DNA of 50,803 nucleotides, taken from the IMG/VR virus record IMGVR_UViG_3300025127_000062, positions 1 to 50,803 of that record; one strand, written 5' to 3'. The translations under genes and the position numbers were made by a program. A model generated the notes under the pieces. That model worked only from the letters and a program-made list of their open reading frames with translations. It did not search any database and was not told the DNA's origin. The DNA is from a virus. Taxonomy: Duplodnaviria; Caudoviricetes. Shown here in pieces: positions 17,978 to 25,728 of this stretch (position 1 is its first letter; each line of letters opens with the position of its first letter).

Positions 17978-19291
17978 TCACCAACTGATGCTTGAGACTT
18001 GGTACTCATGTTTTGATGCCTTTTTGTCTAACTTTGGTTGTTTTAATCCGACTGCTAATGTTCTAAACGCATCCGCGCCATGAGAATTAGAATCATGGAC
18101 GGGCGTTTTTCTAAAAACACCACGAGAGCTATCAAACTCCTTGTGGTATCCTTTCAAAGCTTCGATGCCTGCATAGCAATCGTTTTTTGAGAACCAACAC
18201 TTCGGTAGAATGTTACGGACGGCTTCAATGCCGTCAATAATTGACAGCTTCTTGACTGCCATAAATTTTAATCCCAGCCCTCTGGCTGTCTCAAGGCGAG
18301 ACTTGCCTGTACCAAGCTCTCGCACTTTGATGTCGTGCGGTGCGTAATGCTTCCCGTACGTTACATCTCGCTGGGCTGACCACCTATGCAACACTCGTGC
18401 GTAGTGAGGCAGACCCTCCCCGCTGTTCTCGTAGTAGTTTACAACTCTAATCTCGTTACGATACAGCTGTATAAACCAGATGGTAGTCGCGTCATCCATC
18501 CCTAAATCCCACGCTGTGTGCACAGGCAACAGGGGGTCTACCGCAATAGAGTCAACAATGCGCTTTTCCTTATACGCCTTGTTGATCTGCGCCCCATAAT
18601 ACGCACCCTCAACAGGCGTCTTAAACGAGCACATGTATTCCGACTGGAATCTAGCTTCATTGTTTAGCTCATTGCGTGCTTTGCGGAGTTCGTCAGGCAG
18701 GATAGCCTTTGTATCTTTGACTGACAGATGACTGCTATACCAGGTGCTATCTGCTTTAGCCTTCAACAGCATCTTGTAGAAGTGGTTCTCACCACGAGGC
18801 GTGCCGTTAAACAGTGCCCACCCGCCGTTCTCCGCTAGGATGGGGTTGATTAACTGCCACGCGCTGGGGTCGGAGATACTGTACTCCGAGAAAACAACGC
18901 CGATGGGGTTAGCACCTACCATCTTGTCAGGGTCGTCAGATCCCATGAGCTGGATAACACTGCCATTCTTCAAATGAATGCGCATCTCCTGCTCACTCTT
19001 CTTCTCGACTAGCTCCCTTGGGAAGTAGTCGATAAACTTCTTGCCCTCGCCAGTCATGCCATTCCAAACAATACGACGTGCCTGATTGCCGTAGGGCAAC
19101 ACATACCAGTAAGTACCCACACGCTGCAACGCTTTGATTGCAACGATATTGACACAGGTTAGATCCTTGCCTGCACGACGATGCCACGCAACTACTGCTC
19201 GTAGGCTACGCTTCTTCTGAGACATGTACTTCAGCAGTGGGAGTTGATATGGTCTCGGCTCCCACCCCTGTGCAGGGACACTAATATTCAT
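17978..19291 (-). CDS. terL: Terminase large subunit
   Basis: PRPYQ, Walker A WHRRAGKD, Walker B VVFSEY, NGTPRG, nuclease WDLGMDD and HGADAFR. Confidence 0.96.
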   Translation of the reverse strand: MNISVPAQGWEPRPYQLPLLKYMSQKKRSLRAVVAWHRRAGKDLTCVNIVAIKALQRVGTYWYVLPYGNQARRIVWNGMTGEGKKFIDYFPRELVEKKSEQEMRIHLKNGSVIQLMGSDDPDKMVGANPIGVVFSEYSISDPSAWQLINPILAENGGWALFNGTPRGENHFYKMLLKAKADSTWYSSHLSVKDTKAILPDELRKARNELNNEARFQSEYMCSFKTPVEGAYYGAQINKAYKEKRIVDSIAVDPLLPVHTAWDLGMDDATTIWFIQLYRNEIRVVNYYENSGEGLPHYARVLHRWSAQRDVTYGKHYAPHDIKVRELGTGKSRLETARGLGLKFMAVKKLSIIDGIEAVRNILPKCWFSKNDCYAGIEALKGYHKEFDSSRGVFRKTPVHDSNSHGADAFRTLAVGLKQPKLDKKASKHEYQVSSISW

Positions 19292-19550
19292 CTAGGTCTA
19301 GATCATCTAGATCGTCTTCGTCAGCTACTTCCTCCCACTCCCAATCACTCATATCGTCCTCTTCTCCTCCAGCTGACAAAAATTTTTCGTGATAATCTTG
19401 GGCAGATTGTAGTAAGCCTGAAGCAGCATATGGGTCACTGAACCGAACATCGTAGGCTAGGGGGTTGTCGTCATCTGACGCTATTATCACGTAATGACGA
19501 AAGTGCTCCCCTAACACCGCGATTGCCTGTTCTATTGGTTCAAGACTCAT
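19281..19550 (-). CDS. Hypothetical acidic protein
   Basis: 89 aa, overlapping both neighbours, D/E-rich tail. Confidence 0.65.
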   Translation of the reverse strand: MSLEPIEQAIAVLGEHFRHYVIIASDDDNPLAYDVRFSDPYAASGLLQSAQDYHEKFLSAGGEEDDMSDWEWEEVADEDDLDDLDLDEY

Positions 19551-20076
19551 TTTTTTCTTCTTCGCTTAAAAACTCTTCATATCCGTCGTCGTTGTCAAGC
19601 ACCTCTGCGTCAACCACCGTTGCTAAGTCCGCTTTGGCTACCTTACTGTAGTCCACAGTCATTATCTTCATCTCGCCCGTAATGTTCTGCTGGACGTCTA
19701 CACTCTTGAGCTTGGGCTGCGTGTAGCTTGCCAACTCCTTCCATATAGATATTCTTTCTTTCAGGGGAACCTCTTCGTTGGCTGTAAAGTTCATTAACTC
19801 CTCAATTGGATTGATCCCCTTGTCCGCAAACAGCGCAAGCAATGCCTTACGTTGCTCGGCTGGGGTCGGAGCTTCGCTCATCATGTCTAAGAACTGCTGC
19901 TTGATCGTCAGGTTCTTCTCTACCTTAGCTAGCTCTTTCTGTGCTATCTTCATGTCCTCTTCTGCTTTCATACGTTTGCGATGACACCTAGTTCGCTTAG
20001 CGTTCTGTTGCTTTACTACCTGCTTGGGCTTTTTACCTGCAGCGTAGGATCTTCCATCTGGTTTCTTGGTCGGCAC
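19540..20076 (-). CDS. Probable terminase small subunit
   Basis: Basic N-terminus, GINPIEELM, KELASYTQPKLKSVDV; upstream of terL. Start placed at GTG 20076 (TTGACT-18-TTACAT-6-GTG); the longer track ORF runs into the repeat array. Confidence 0.6.
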   Translation of the reverse strand: MPTKKPDGRSYAAGKKPKQVVKQQNAKRTRCHRKRMKAEEDMKIAQKELAKVEKNLTIKQQFLDMMSEAPTPAEQRKALLALFADKGINPIEELMNFTANEEVPLKERISIWKELASYTQPKLKSVDVQQNITGEMKIMTVDYSKVAKADLATVVDAEVLDNDDGYEEFLSEEEKNES

Positions 20077-20114
20077 TGAACCATGTAAATCAAATGGTGA
20101 ACATAAAGTCAAGC

Positions 20115-20366
20115 CTGTCACACTTATCACACCTGTACCACAGTATATTTGGGTATGTGTGACTAATTCTATTATATGTATAATAAGCACTTATGGAATC
20201 TGTCACACAAATCACACTTTATTTAGGGGTATGGCAGTTACAAGTGTTAGGGGGTCAGAAAAAGTGTGATTTGTGTGATAAATCTCGTAAGTCATTGATA
20301 AAGATACTGCTTAATAAGTCACACTCGTCTCAAAAAAGTGTGATGCTGGTGTGATAAGTGTGACAG
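20115..20366. repeat. Nested inverted-repeat array of TCACAC units (candidate origin or packaging site)
   Basis: Perfect IR pairs 20115-20133/20348-20366, 20157-20164/20317-20324, 20203-20220/20261-20278, all centred on 20240/20241. Confidence 0.9.
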
Positions 20367-21085
20367 ATATTGTAAAACTACTGATCACCTGAGCACTAGA
20401 ACATCCAAAATCCCTGAAAATTGAAAAATGGATTTGCTGGTAGGGACTCTTAAGGTGCAAAGTTTCTGATTTCCCCCATGCACCCCTCTTGAGTCCTGTT
20501 CCTTGGACCGTTGGCAAGTTTTGCAGTGCAAATCCGAGCCACGACCCACCCTTCATGCACCTCTAGATCCCACGACCTTTTCAGCCCCAACAAATGACGA
20601 GAGATGTTGTTGAGTATCATGAGTTTACAGCCGCTAACGAGCTTGAATCCGAGCATCACGCAAGATTCGACACCCTATTGCCGTTTCCAGCACCATAACT
20701 CTAAGCCCCACAACAACTTCCGCCGCCCACCACACCATACAGCAAGGGAACCTCTCAGCCCGTCCTCGGATGGTGCAGGTCACACTGCCCGTGCGTCCTC
20801 CTGCCGTGTTCTACGGTCATACGCCTACGTCACCGTCTGCACCTCGGTGATCGCCTCATGTGCCAGACCTGAGTTAGTCGACCATCATCGGCACAGCTGG
20901 CTGTTGGGTTCTTTCTATCGTTCCTCCTGCGGCTTGACGCCCAACTGCCCCGCCTTCCCTCGTGACTGGATCCGAGCCTTGAACGTCAGATTTTTCTTAA
21001 CGCTTTATTCGACATGTATTTTTGTTTATCTGATCGTGTTGTTGCTCAGGTGAGCAACACGCTCATCTAACCAAAAATAAATATC

Positions 21086-21316
21086 ATGTCAAATAAAACT
21101 AAAAAATCAGAAGTTCAAGTCTCCCAGTCACAAGGAGAAGTCGTTGCAGTCGGACCTCAATCCGCAGAGAAAGAATACCCAACCACCATCCGCACCACTG
21201 ATGGGGACTACCTCAAGGTATGGCACGGTGAGTCGCTCAAGCGAGGCACATCCGTCACCGTAGACGAAGTGACCTGGGAAAACGGCTGGAGGGACACGTT
21301 CATCGTGACCTGCTAA
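21086..21316 (+). CDS. First early gene, small beta-rich hypothetical protein
   Basis: 76 aa; A-rich leader; followed by hairpin. Confidence 0.65.
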   Translation: MSNKTKKSEVQVSQSQGEVVAVGPQSAEKEYPTTIRTTDGDYLKVWHGESLKRGTSVTVDEVTWENGWRDTFIVTC

Positions 21317-21323
21317 CCACCCT

Positions 21324-21354
21324 GCGGGGGGACTGAGAAGTCCCCTCGCTTTCT
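21324..21354 (+). terminator. Intrinsic terminator-like hairpin
   Basis: GCGGGGGGACT-GAGA-AGTCCCCTCGC then TTTCT. Confidence 0.55.
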
Positions 21355-21398
21355 GGTGTTCACCAAATCCAAAAACCAACCCACAAGATATACTAATT

Positions 21399-21500
21399 AT
21401 GAATCAAGTATTACTAGCTTACCTAATCTTCGGACCAATTGTCATGGTCTATTTAGGATTGTTTATCTATCTCTATATAAAACTAACCCAAAACAAATAA
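21399..21500 (+). CDS. 33-aa single-pass membrane peptide (not in ORF track)
   Basis: MNQVLLAYLIFGPIVMVYLGLFIYLYIKLTQNK, translated by hand. Confidence 0.55.
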   Translation: MNQVLLAYLIFGPIVMVYLGLFIYLYIKLTQNK

Positions 21501-21504
21501 CATT

Positions 21505-21675
21505 ATGGTAACTGAAAAAATAACACCACTAAAAGTAATGCAATCAGCAGCTGGATACTACGTAGGTAGAGAATACTACGACGAGGAGATAGGATGCTGG
21601 TTGCCGTATTCGCGTAACAGTGAGTATTTCGCAACTGAAAAGGAAGCTGGAGAGTGCCTTAGGTATCTGGGTTAA
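21505..21675 (+). CDS. 56-aa phage hypothetical protein (not in ORF track)
   Basis: MVTEKITPLKVMQSAAGYYVGREYYDEEIGCWLPYSRNSEYFATEKEAGECLRYLG; SAAGYY.G...PYSR.S.YF resembles a recurrent small phage family. Confidence 0.7.
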   Translation: MVTEKITPLKVMQSAAGYYVGREYYDEEIGCWLPYSRNSEYFATEKEAGECLRYLG

Positions 21676-21737
21676 CCACAAGTTATACTAACAATGAACA
21701 CAAACCAAAAACAAACTTTCGATGCGTAAACCTTCTG

Positions 21738-21788
21738 GATATGTGACCTGCTCCGTGCGGTGGCACGGGTGCGAGCAGGTCACATATC
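21738..21788 (+). promoter_or_regulatory. Long intergenic hairpin (possible RNase III-type processing site)
   Basis: 16-bp perfect IR GATATGTGACCTGCTC/GAGCAGGTCACATATC with inner CGTGC/GCACG stem; no U tract. Confidence 0.5.
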
Positions 21789-21824
21789 ATAAAGATTTTC
21801 ACCAACACAATAACATATATAACA

Positions 21825-22772
21825 ATGCAAGAAGAAATCAAAAACATCATCACAGAAATCAACTCAACTGAACGTTACTCAGAAGAGAACAAAGCAGCTT
21901 GGCGATCTCTGTTTCAACTAGCCAAAAACTACGCATACAGACTCAAAACCAAAAGCAAGTATTCCAAAGATCTAATCACTCGTGATGTAGATGACACTAT
22001 GGTCTCTATCCTAGTTGATCAATGGATGGCTGAGTACAACAACCACTACCAGTCACACTCTAACCCACAAGATGATCGCCAAGCAGGCGACATCAGTTGT
22101 GTTCAAGCAATGGAACAAACAGCCAAAGAAGATGCAATCGCAGCTATCAAAGAGTTGTTCTCAACCAACCCCAAACCATCATTCAAAGCAGCTGTTCGCA
22201 AACGTCTCAGTGATCAAATAGCTGGCTCATCACCACGCCTAGCTGAGTTTCTCAAGCACGCATCTGACCAATGGCTAGCCGACAATGCCAGTGAGATTGT
22301 AAACAAGGCTATCAAGTATACAAACTGCGACATCACAGCTTACGTATCTTACGGTCAATCAGCTAACGAACGCAACAACCTACAGTTCTCAGAGTATGAC
22401 TCACTAGATTCAGCTGACCAATCAGCTATTACTCAGGAGTATGCAGAGTCGTTCTATCAAGATCCAGAGTGCGATCCAGATGATGCTCGCTACCTCGGCA
22501 CACCACCACGCAGTGACGAATGGGAAGACAAGATGCGTTCCAATCAGGTTGATCGCAAACGTGGCTCAGGTGGTGTTCTCAATGGACTCTATCAAAACAC
22601 ACTACCTGAACCTAGCTACTACACCAAAGAGTCACGCAATCGTTTACGCATGACATACCTAGATTCAGACAACGTATGTGATATTATGGTTGGTGCTTAT
22701 ATGAAGCGTATGAATCCCATACGTCGCAACAACCTCATCAGAAATCGCATACAAGAAAACATCAACGCATAA
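21825..22772 (+). CDS. Early hypothetical protein
   Basis: 315-aa helical ORF with A-rich leader; no motif recognised. Confidence 0.8.
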   Translation: MQEEIKNIITEINSTERYSEENKAAWRSLFQLAKNYAYRLKTKSKYSKDLITRDVDDTMVSILVDQWMAEYNNHYQSHSNPQDDRQAGDISCVQAMEQTAKEDAIAAIKELFSTNPKPSFKAAVRKRLSDQIAGSSPRLAEFLKHASDQWLADNASEIVNKAIKYTNCDITAYVSYGQSANERNNLQFSEYDSLDSADQSAITQEYAESFYQDPECDPDDARYLGTPPRSDEWEDKMRSNQVDRKRGSGGVLNGLYQNTLPEPSYYTKESRNRLRMTYLDSDNVCDIMVGAYMKRMNPIRRNNLIRNRIQENINA

Positions 22773-22776
22773 CTAA

Positions 22777-23094
22777 ATGGAAATTGTAATCTTCTCATTC
22801 ATCTCAGCACTAGGTCTACTCCTAGTGCTGACTCGCACAATCGGTCTAAAATATACCTTAAAATTCAGGAAGATGTTGGATGTGATTGTAACGTTTGGCG
22901 TGCCAATACTCTTCGTTGGCACGTTCAGCGGCATGATCACCGCGTTCTTTACAGGTCTTTGGTTTACCATACTTACTTGCTTGCTTAATGTATTGGTAAA
23001 CCCACCACAGGCGTTGCTGGCTCAAACAGCTTCCTATGGTAAGCAAGACAACCACACAGAAAGTCTTGAGGGTAATCGTCCCTCTCGCTCTTGA
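22777..23094 (+). CDS. Small multi-pass membrane protein
   Basis: 105 aa, 2-3 hydrophobic segments (LFVGTFSGMITAFFTGL). Confidence 0.7.
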   Translation: MEIVIFSFISALGLLLVLTRTIGLKYTLKFRKMLDVIVTFGVPILFVGTFSGMITAFFTGLWFTILTCLLNVLVNPPQALLAQTASYGKQDNHTESLEGNRPSRS

Positions 23095-23176
23095 TGTAAT
23101 AAAGTGTGCCCTCACTAGATATACGTATAGAGTTCTAAGAGAAAGTGATAATCGGAGACGACATCAAGACTTCTAG
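23036..23176 (+). CDS. 46-aa hypothetical protein (not in ORF track)
   Basis: MVSKTTTQKVLRVIVPLALDVIKCALTRYTYRVLRESDNRRRHQDF; ends just before a terminator. Confidence 0.4.
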   Translation: MVSKTTTQKVLRVIVPLALDVIKCALTRYTYRVLRESDNRRRHQDF

Positions 23177-23181
23177 TAAAA

Positions 23182-23220
23182 GCAGTCTCACTCATTAAGT
23201 TGGGTGAGGCTGCCCATTTT
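23182..23220 (+). terminator. Terminator-like hairpin closing the first early unit
   Basis: 13-bp stem GCAGTCTCACTCA/TGGGTGAGGCTGC with G-U pairs valid on +, then CCATTTT. Confidence 0.55.
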
Positions 23221-23305
23221 AGAAAAGCAACCTGCCCCAAAGGACAGGCTGCTCAACCAAGTAATATAACAATAACAACACAATCAAACCGACAGACCTG
23301 ATTGT
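23221..23305 (-). ncRNA. Predicted ~85-nt small RNA
   Basis: TTGACA (23340-23335), 17 nt, CATAGT (23317-23312); U/G-rich body; 12-bp hairpin 23226-23253 fully pairing only on the minus strand, then TTTCT. Confidence 0.5.
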
Positions 23306-23405
23306 GCGTCAACTATGTATACTAATATATACTTTGTCAATAGTAAAAAAGAGATGTATTTGGACTCGTTAGAGTCAGAAACAAAAACCAAAACCCACCA
23401 GTAAA

Positions 23406-23639
23406 ATGGATAATAACAACACAGTAACCATCCGCTACGGTCTTACTAACACAGTAACCCGTGGTTTTTCCAACGAAGCTACAGTCCGCGACTTGCTCGC
23501 TGACCGCAGCATTCTTGCAGCCTTGTCTGCACCAGAATCGGTATCCGCTGTTTCTAACGGCGTTACCTTGTCACCTGACGCATACGTCGGTGGCTATACA
23601 ACCATCACCTTGGAGCAGCAAGCTTCAAGCAAAGCTTAA
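23406..23639 (+). CDS. Ubiquitin-like (beta-grasp) protein
   Basis: 77 aa; strand-strand-TVRDLL helix-...NG.TL.PD..V....ITL pattern with free tail QASSKA; heads an E2/E1/JAB cluster. Confidence 0.75.
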   Translation: MDNNNTVTIRYGLTNTVTRGFSNEATVRDLLADRSILAALSAPESVSAVSNGVTLSPDAYVGGYTTITLEQQASSKA

Positions 23640-23793
23640 CACCAGTCCCTCCTGAGCACGAGATGAAACTGCTCACCTTGTGAATCAACACCTACCAAGT
23701 CTCTGTGCGTGTGAGATACCGATGAGTGGTCACGAAGAACCCAGGCGTCGCACAGAGACAACATTTTATTGTTAGTTAGTGTTATATATGTGT

Positions 23794-23835
23794 GTCTGTC
23801 GTCCTAAGATCGGGGCGGCAGACTTTACTTTTTTT
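23794..23835 (+). terminator. Intrinsic terminator between Ubl and E2-like genes
   Basis: GTCTGTCGTCC...GGGCGGCAGAC stem followed by TTTACTTTTTTT, just before ATG 23841. Confidence 0.7.
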
Positions 23836-23840
23836 ATCTT

Positions 23841-24707
23841 ATGAGCGAACAAACCAACCAAGAATATGTCCTACATGCAGACGGCAACTTCTACAAACGT
23901 ACAGTTTACGAAACGCTAGTTAGGAATCAAGAAGCAGCTATTGCTGCTATCAAAAGCAAACCCATGTTCCATGTGAGCGTGTTTTCACCTACGTTTACTG
24001 TGACTTCTCACGGTAATGAACTAGAGTACAAGGCATACCAGACGCTAAATATTAACCCTGCGGAACCTAGCAATGCAGAGACCTTCTTTATCAAAGCACC
24101 TAGGTTTTACTTCACTGGTGCACACCTGTATGAACTACATGCACAAAGCAGTAAGTATACTATGTATATACATGGTAGCGGAGACAGACCACTACCCGAA
24201 TCCACTGACGAACATAACTTCGTTAACAGAAGTAATCTACCTGAACCACTGCACTGGACTCCAGCAGCAGATGGGCTGCAGCTATACTTTATGTTTCCTG
24301 TAGCACGACAAGGTGACAGAACAATACTCATGTCATCTCCTTACATGTTTGTCTATGATAAAATATCACAGCAATCGTATGCTCCTAACATACCAAATGT
24401 ATTTGATCGCGGTGACATTTGCACAGGTCATGGCTTTCCTACGTCAACAATAGACTACGCAATACAGCCCGATGATCACTTATCACTAATCAAAAAAGGT
24501 ATTAATGATCTTAACTCATCTACGTGCAACGCTGATCTGCGTAGAACAGAGTATGAGTTTAAGTATCTAAACTTTGATGAAACTGGTAATACACTAAAAT
24601 GCTTAAATGACCAAGGTATTACTAAAGAAGACAAATACTTCTATCAACCTGTAACTCATGAATCCATTCTAAACTTTACATCATGGCTCAACAATACCCA
24701 GACTTAA
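23841..24707 (+). CDS. Prokaryotic E2-like protein (Prok-E2 family D / PRTRC protein B-like)
   Basis: 288 aa; PNIPNVFDRGDICTG matches the NV...G.IC.G catalytic-Cys signature; downstream NADL; operon context. Confidence 0.7.
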   Translation: MSEQTNQEYVLHADGNFYKRTVYETLVRNQEAAIAAIKSKPMFHVSVFSPTFTVTSHGNELEYKAYQTLNINPAEPSNAETFFIKAPRFYFTGAHLYELHAQSSKYTMYIHGSGDRPLPESTDEHNFVNRSNLPEPLHWTPAADGLQLYFMFPVARQGDRTILMSSPYMFVYDKISQQSYAPNIPNVFDRGDICTGHGFPTSTIDYAIQPDDHLSLIKKGINDLNSSTCNADLRRTEYEFKYLNFDETGNTLKCLNDQGITKEDKYFYQPVTHESILNFTSWLNNTQT

Positions 24708-25015
24708 AAACTGCGTTGGACAACCAACAAGCTGTATTCAATCAAGTTCATGTAAATAGTTCCTATGGCTCTGTTAACAATTATGATCTTAATAGATACA
24801 ATGAAATGCTTGAAGCTCAACACAGAGTAGCATCGGATACTTACAAAGTTAATCATGGTTTATCTGATGCAGAGATGCGTATTTTGCATAAGATACTTGC
24901 AAAAGATCTACCAAATTGTGGTCGCAAACGCGGTGCTATCCTTCGATATATTAAAGCATATCAACCAGACAATCCAAACTATGGTATACAACTATACCGT
25001 TCACTATCATCATGA
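24683..25015 (+). CDS. Hypothetical protein inside the Ubl operon
   Basis: 110 aa; overlaps E2-like end and shares ATGA with the E1 gene. Confidence 0.7.
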   Translation: MAQQYPDLKTALDNQQAVFNQVHVNSSYGSVNNYDLNRYNEMLEAQHRVASDTYKVNHGLSDAEMRILHKILAKDLPNCGRKRGAILRYIKAYQPDNPNYGIQLYRSLSS

Positions 25016-25728
25016 AACCTAAACTAAACGCAGTAATCATTGGTGCTGGCGGTGTTACAAGCTACATGCTGCCTGCACTTAAAAATACATTCGATCTCAC
25101 AGCAACTATCGTTGATGGAGATATACTCGAAAAACACAACCTTGATCGCCAACTATTCAAAAACAACGCAGTTGGTCAATACAAGTGTGCAGCTTTGCTA
25201 AAGCAATACAACTTTCGTAAAAACGAAGGTCATGCTATCCGTCAATACTTTGACGAAGACATGCTTAATACAGAATACAAGTTGTTCTTTGCTAATGCTG
25301 ACGTATACATCTGTGCAGTCGATAACCACCCAGCACGCAAAGCAGTTATTGCTGCAGCTAAACAATACAAAAAACCTGTAGTTATTTGTGCTAACGAATA
25401 CCACACAAGTCAGGCTATGTATTTTGATCCCAATCTTGCTCAAGCATATCCAATGATGGATCCAATTGCTCGTTACCCGTCAATTGGTACAGACACATCA
25501 GGCAGCCCACTTAGCTGCCAAGGTCTTGCACTTGAGTCTGAACCACAACTTGCTATCGCCAATCAGGTTGCAGCTAGCTTTGGTAACTTTCTGCTCTGGA
25601 CTTGGCATGGTATAGATGCCGACCCTGCGCTCATTGACTACATGCCTGTCGAGTACCAGAGCACCTTTTCTCGTTTACAAACAATTACTGTCGAAGACAT
25701 AATCGGCATGGAACAAAAAGTATCATGA
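25012..25728 (+). CDS. E1/ThiF-family adenylating enzyme
   Basis: IIGAGGV, VDGDILEKHNLDRQ, GQYK, CAVDNHPARK, LSCQG, PQLAIANQVAA. Confidence 0.92.
   Translation: MKPKLNAVIIGAGGVTSYMLPALKNTFDLTATIVDGDILEKHNLDRQLFKNNAVGQYKCAALLKQYNFRKNEGHAIRQYFDEDMLNTEYKLFFANADVYICAVDNHPARKAVIAAAKQYKKPVVICANEYHTSQAMYFDPNLAQAYPMMDPIARYPSIGTDTSGSPLSCQGLALESEPQLAIANQVAASFGNFLLWTWHGIDADPALIDYMPVEYQSTFSRLQTITVEDIIGMEQKVS

Noticed and set aside
20115-20366. CRISPR array or transposon ends
   Set aside because: Repeats are short, inverted and nested, with no regular spacers and no cas or transposase gene.
20077-21053. Track ORFs 20066..20269, 20311..20556, 20450..20659, 20604..21053 and the 20190 start of terS
   Set aside because: Atypical composition, overlap with the repeat array or each other, no recognisable motifs; probably spurious.
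23719-23740. Hammerhead-like core CCGATGA-GTG-GT-CAC-GAAG
   Set aside because: Core deviates from CUGAnGA/GAAA, stem II loop is only 2 nt, and stems I and III cannot be formed.
25012-25728. ThiF/MoeB as an auxiliary thiamine or molybdopterin biosynthesis gene
   Set aside because: No ThiS-type GG carrier, ThiG or MoaE; neighbours are E2-like and JAB genes.
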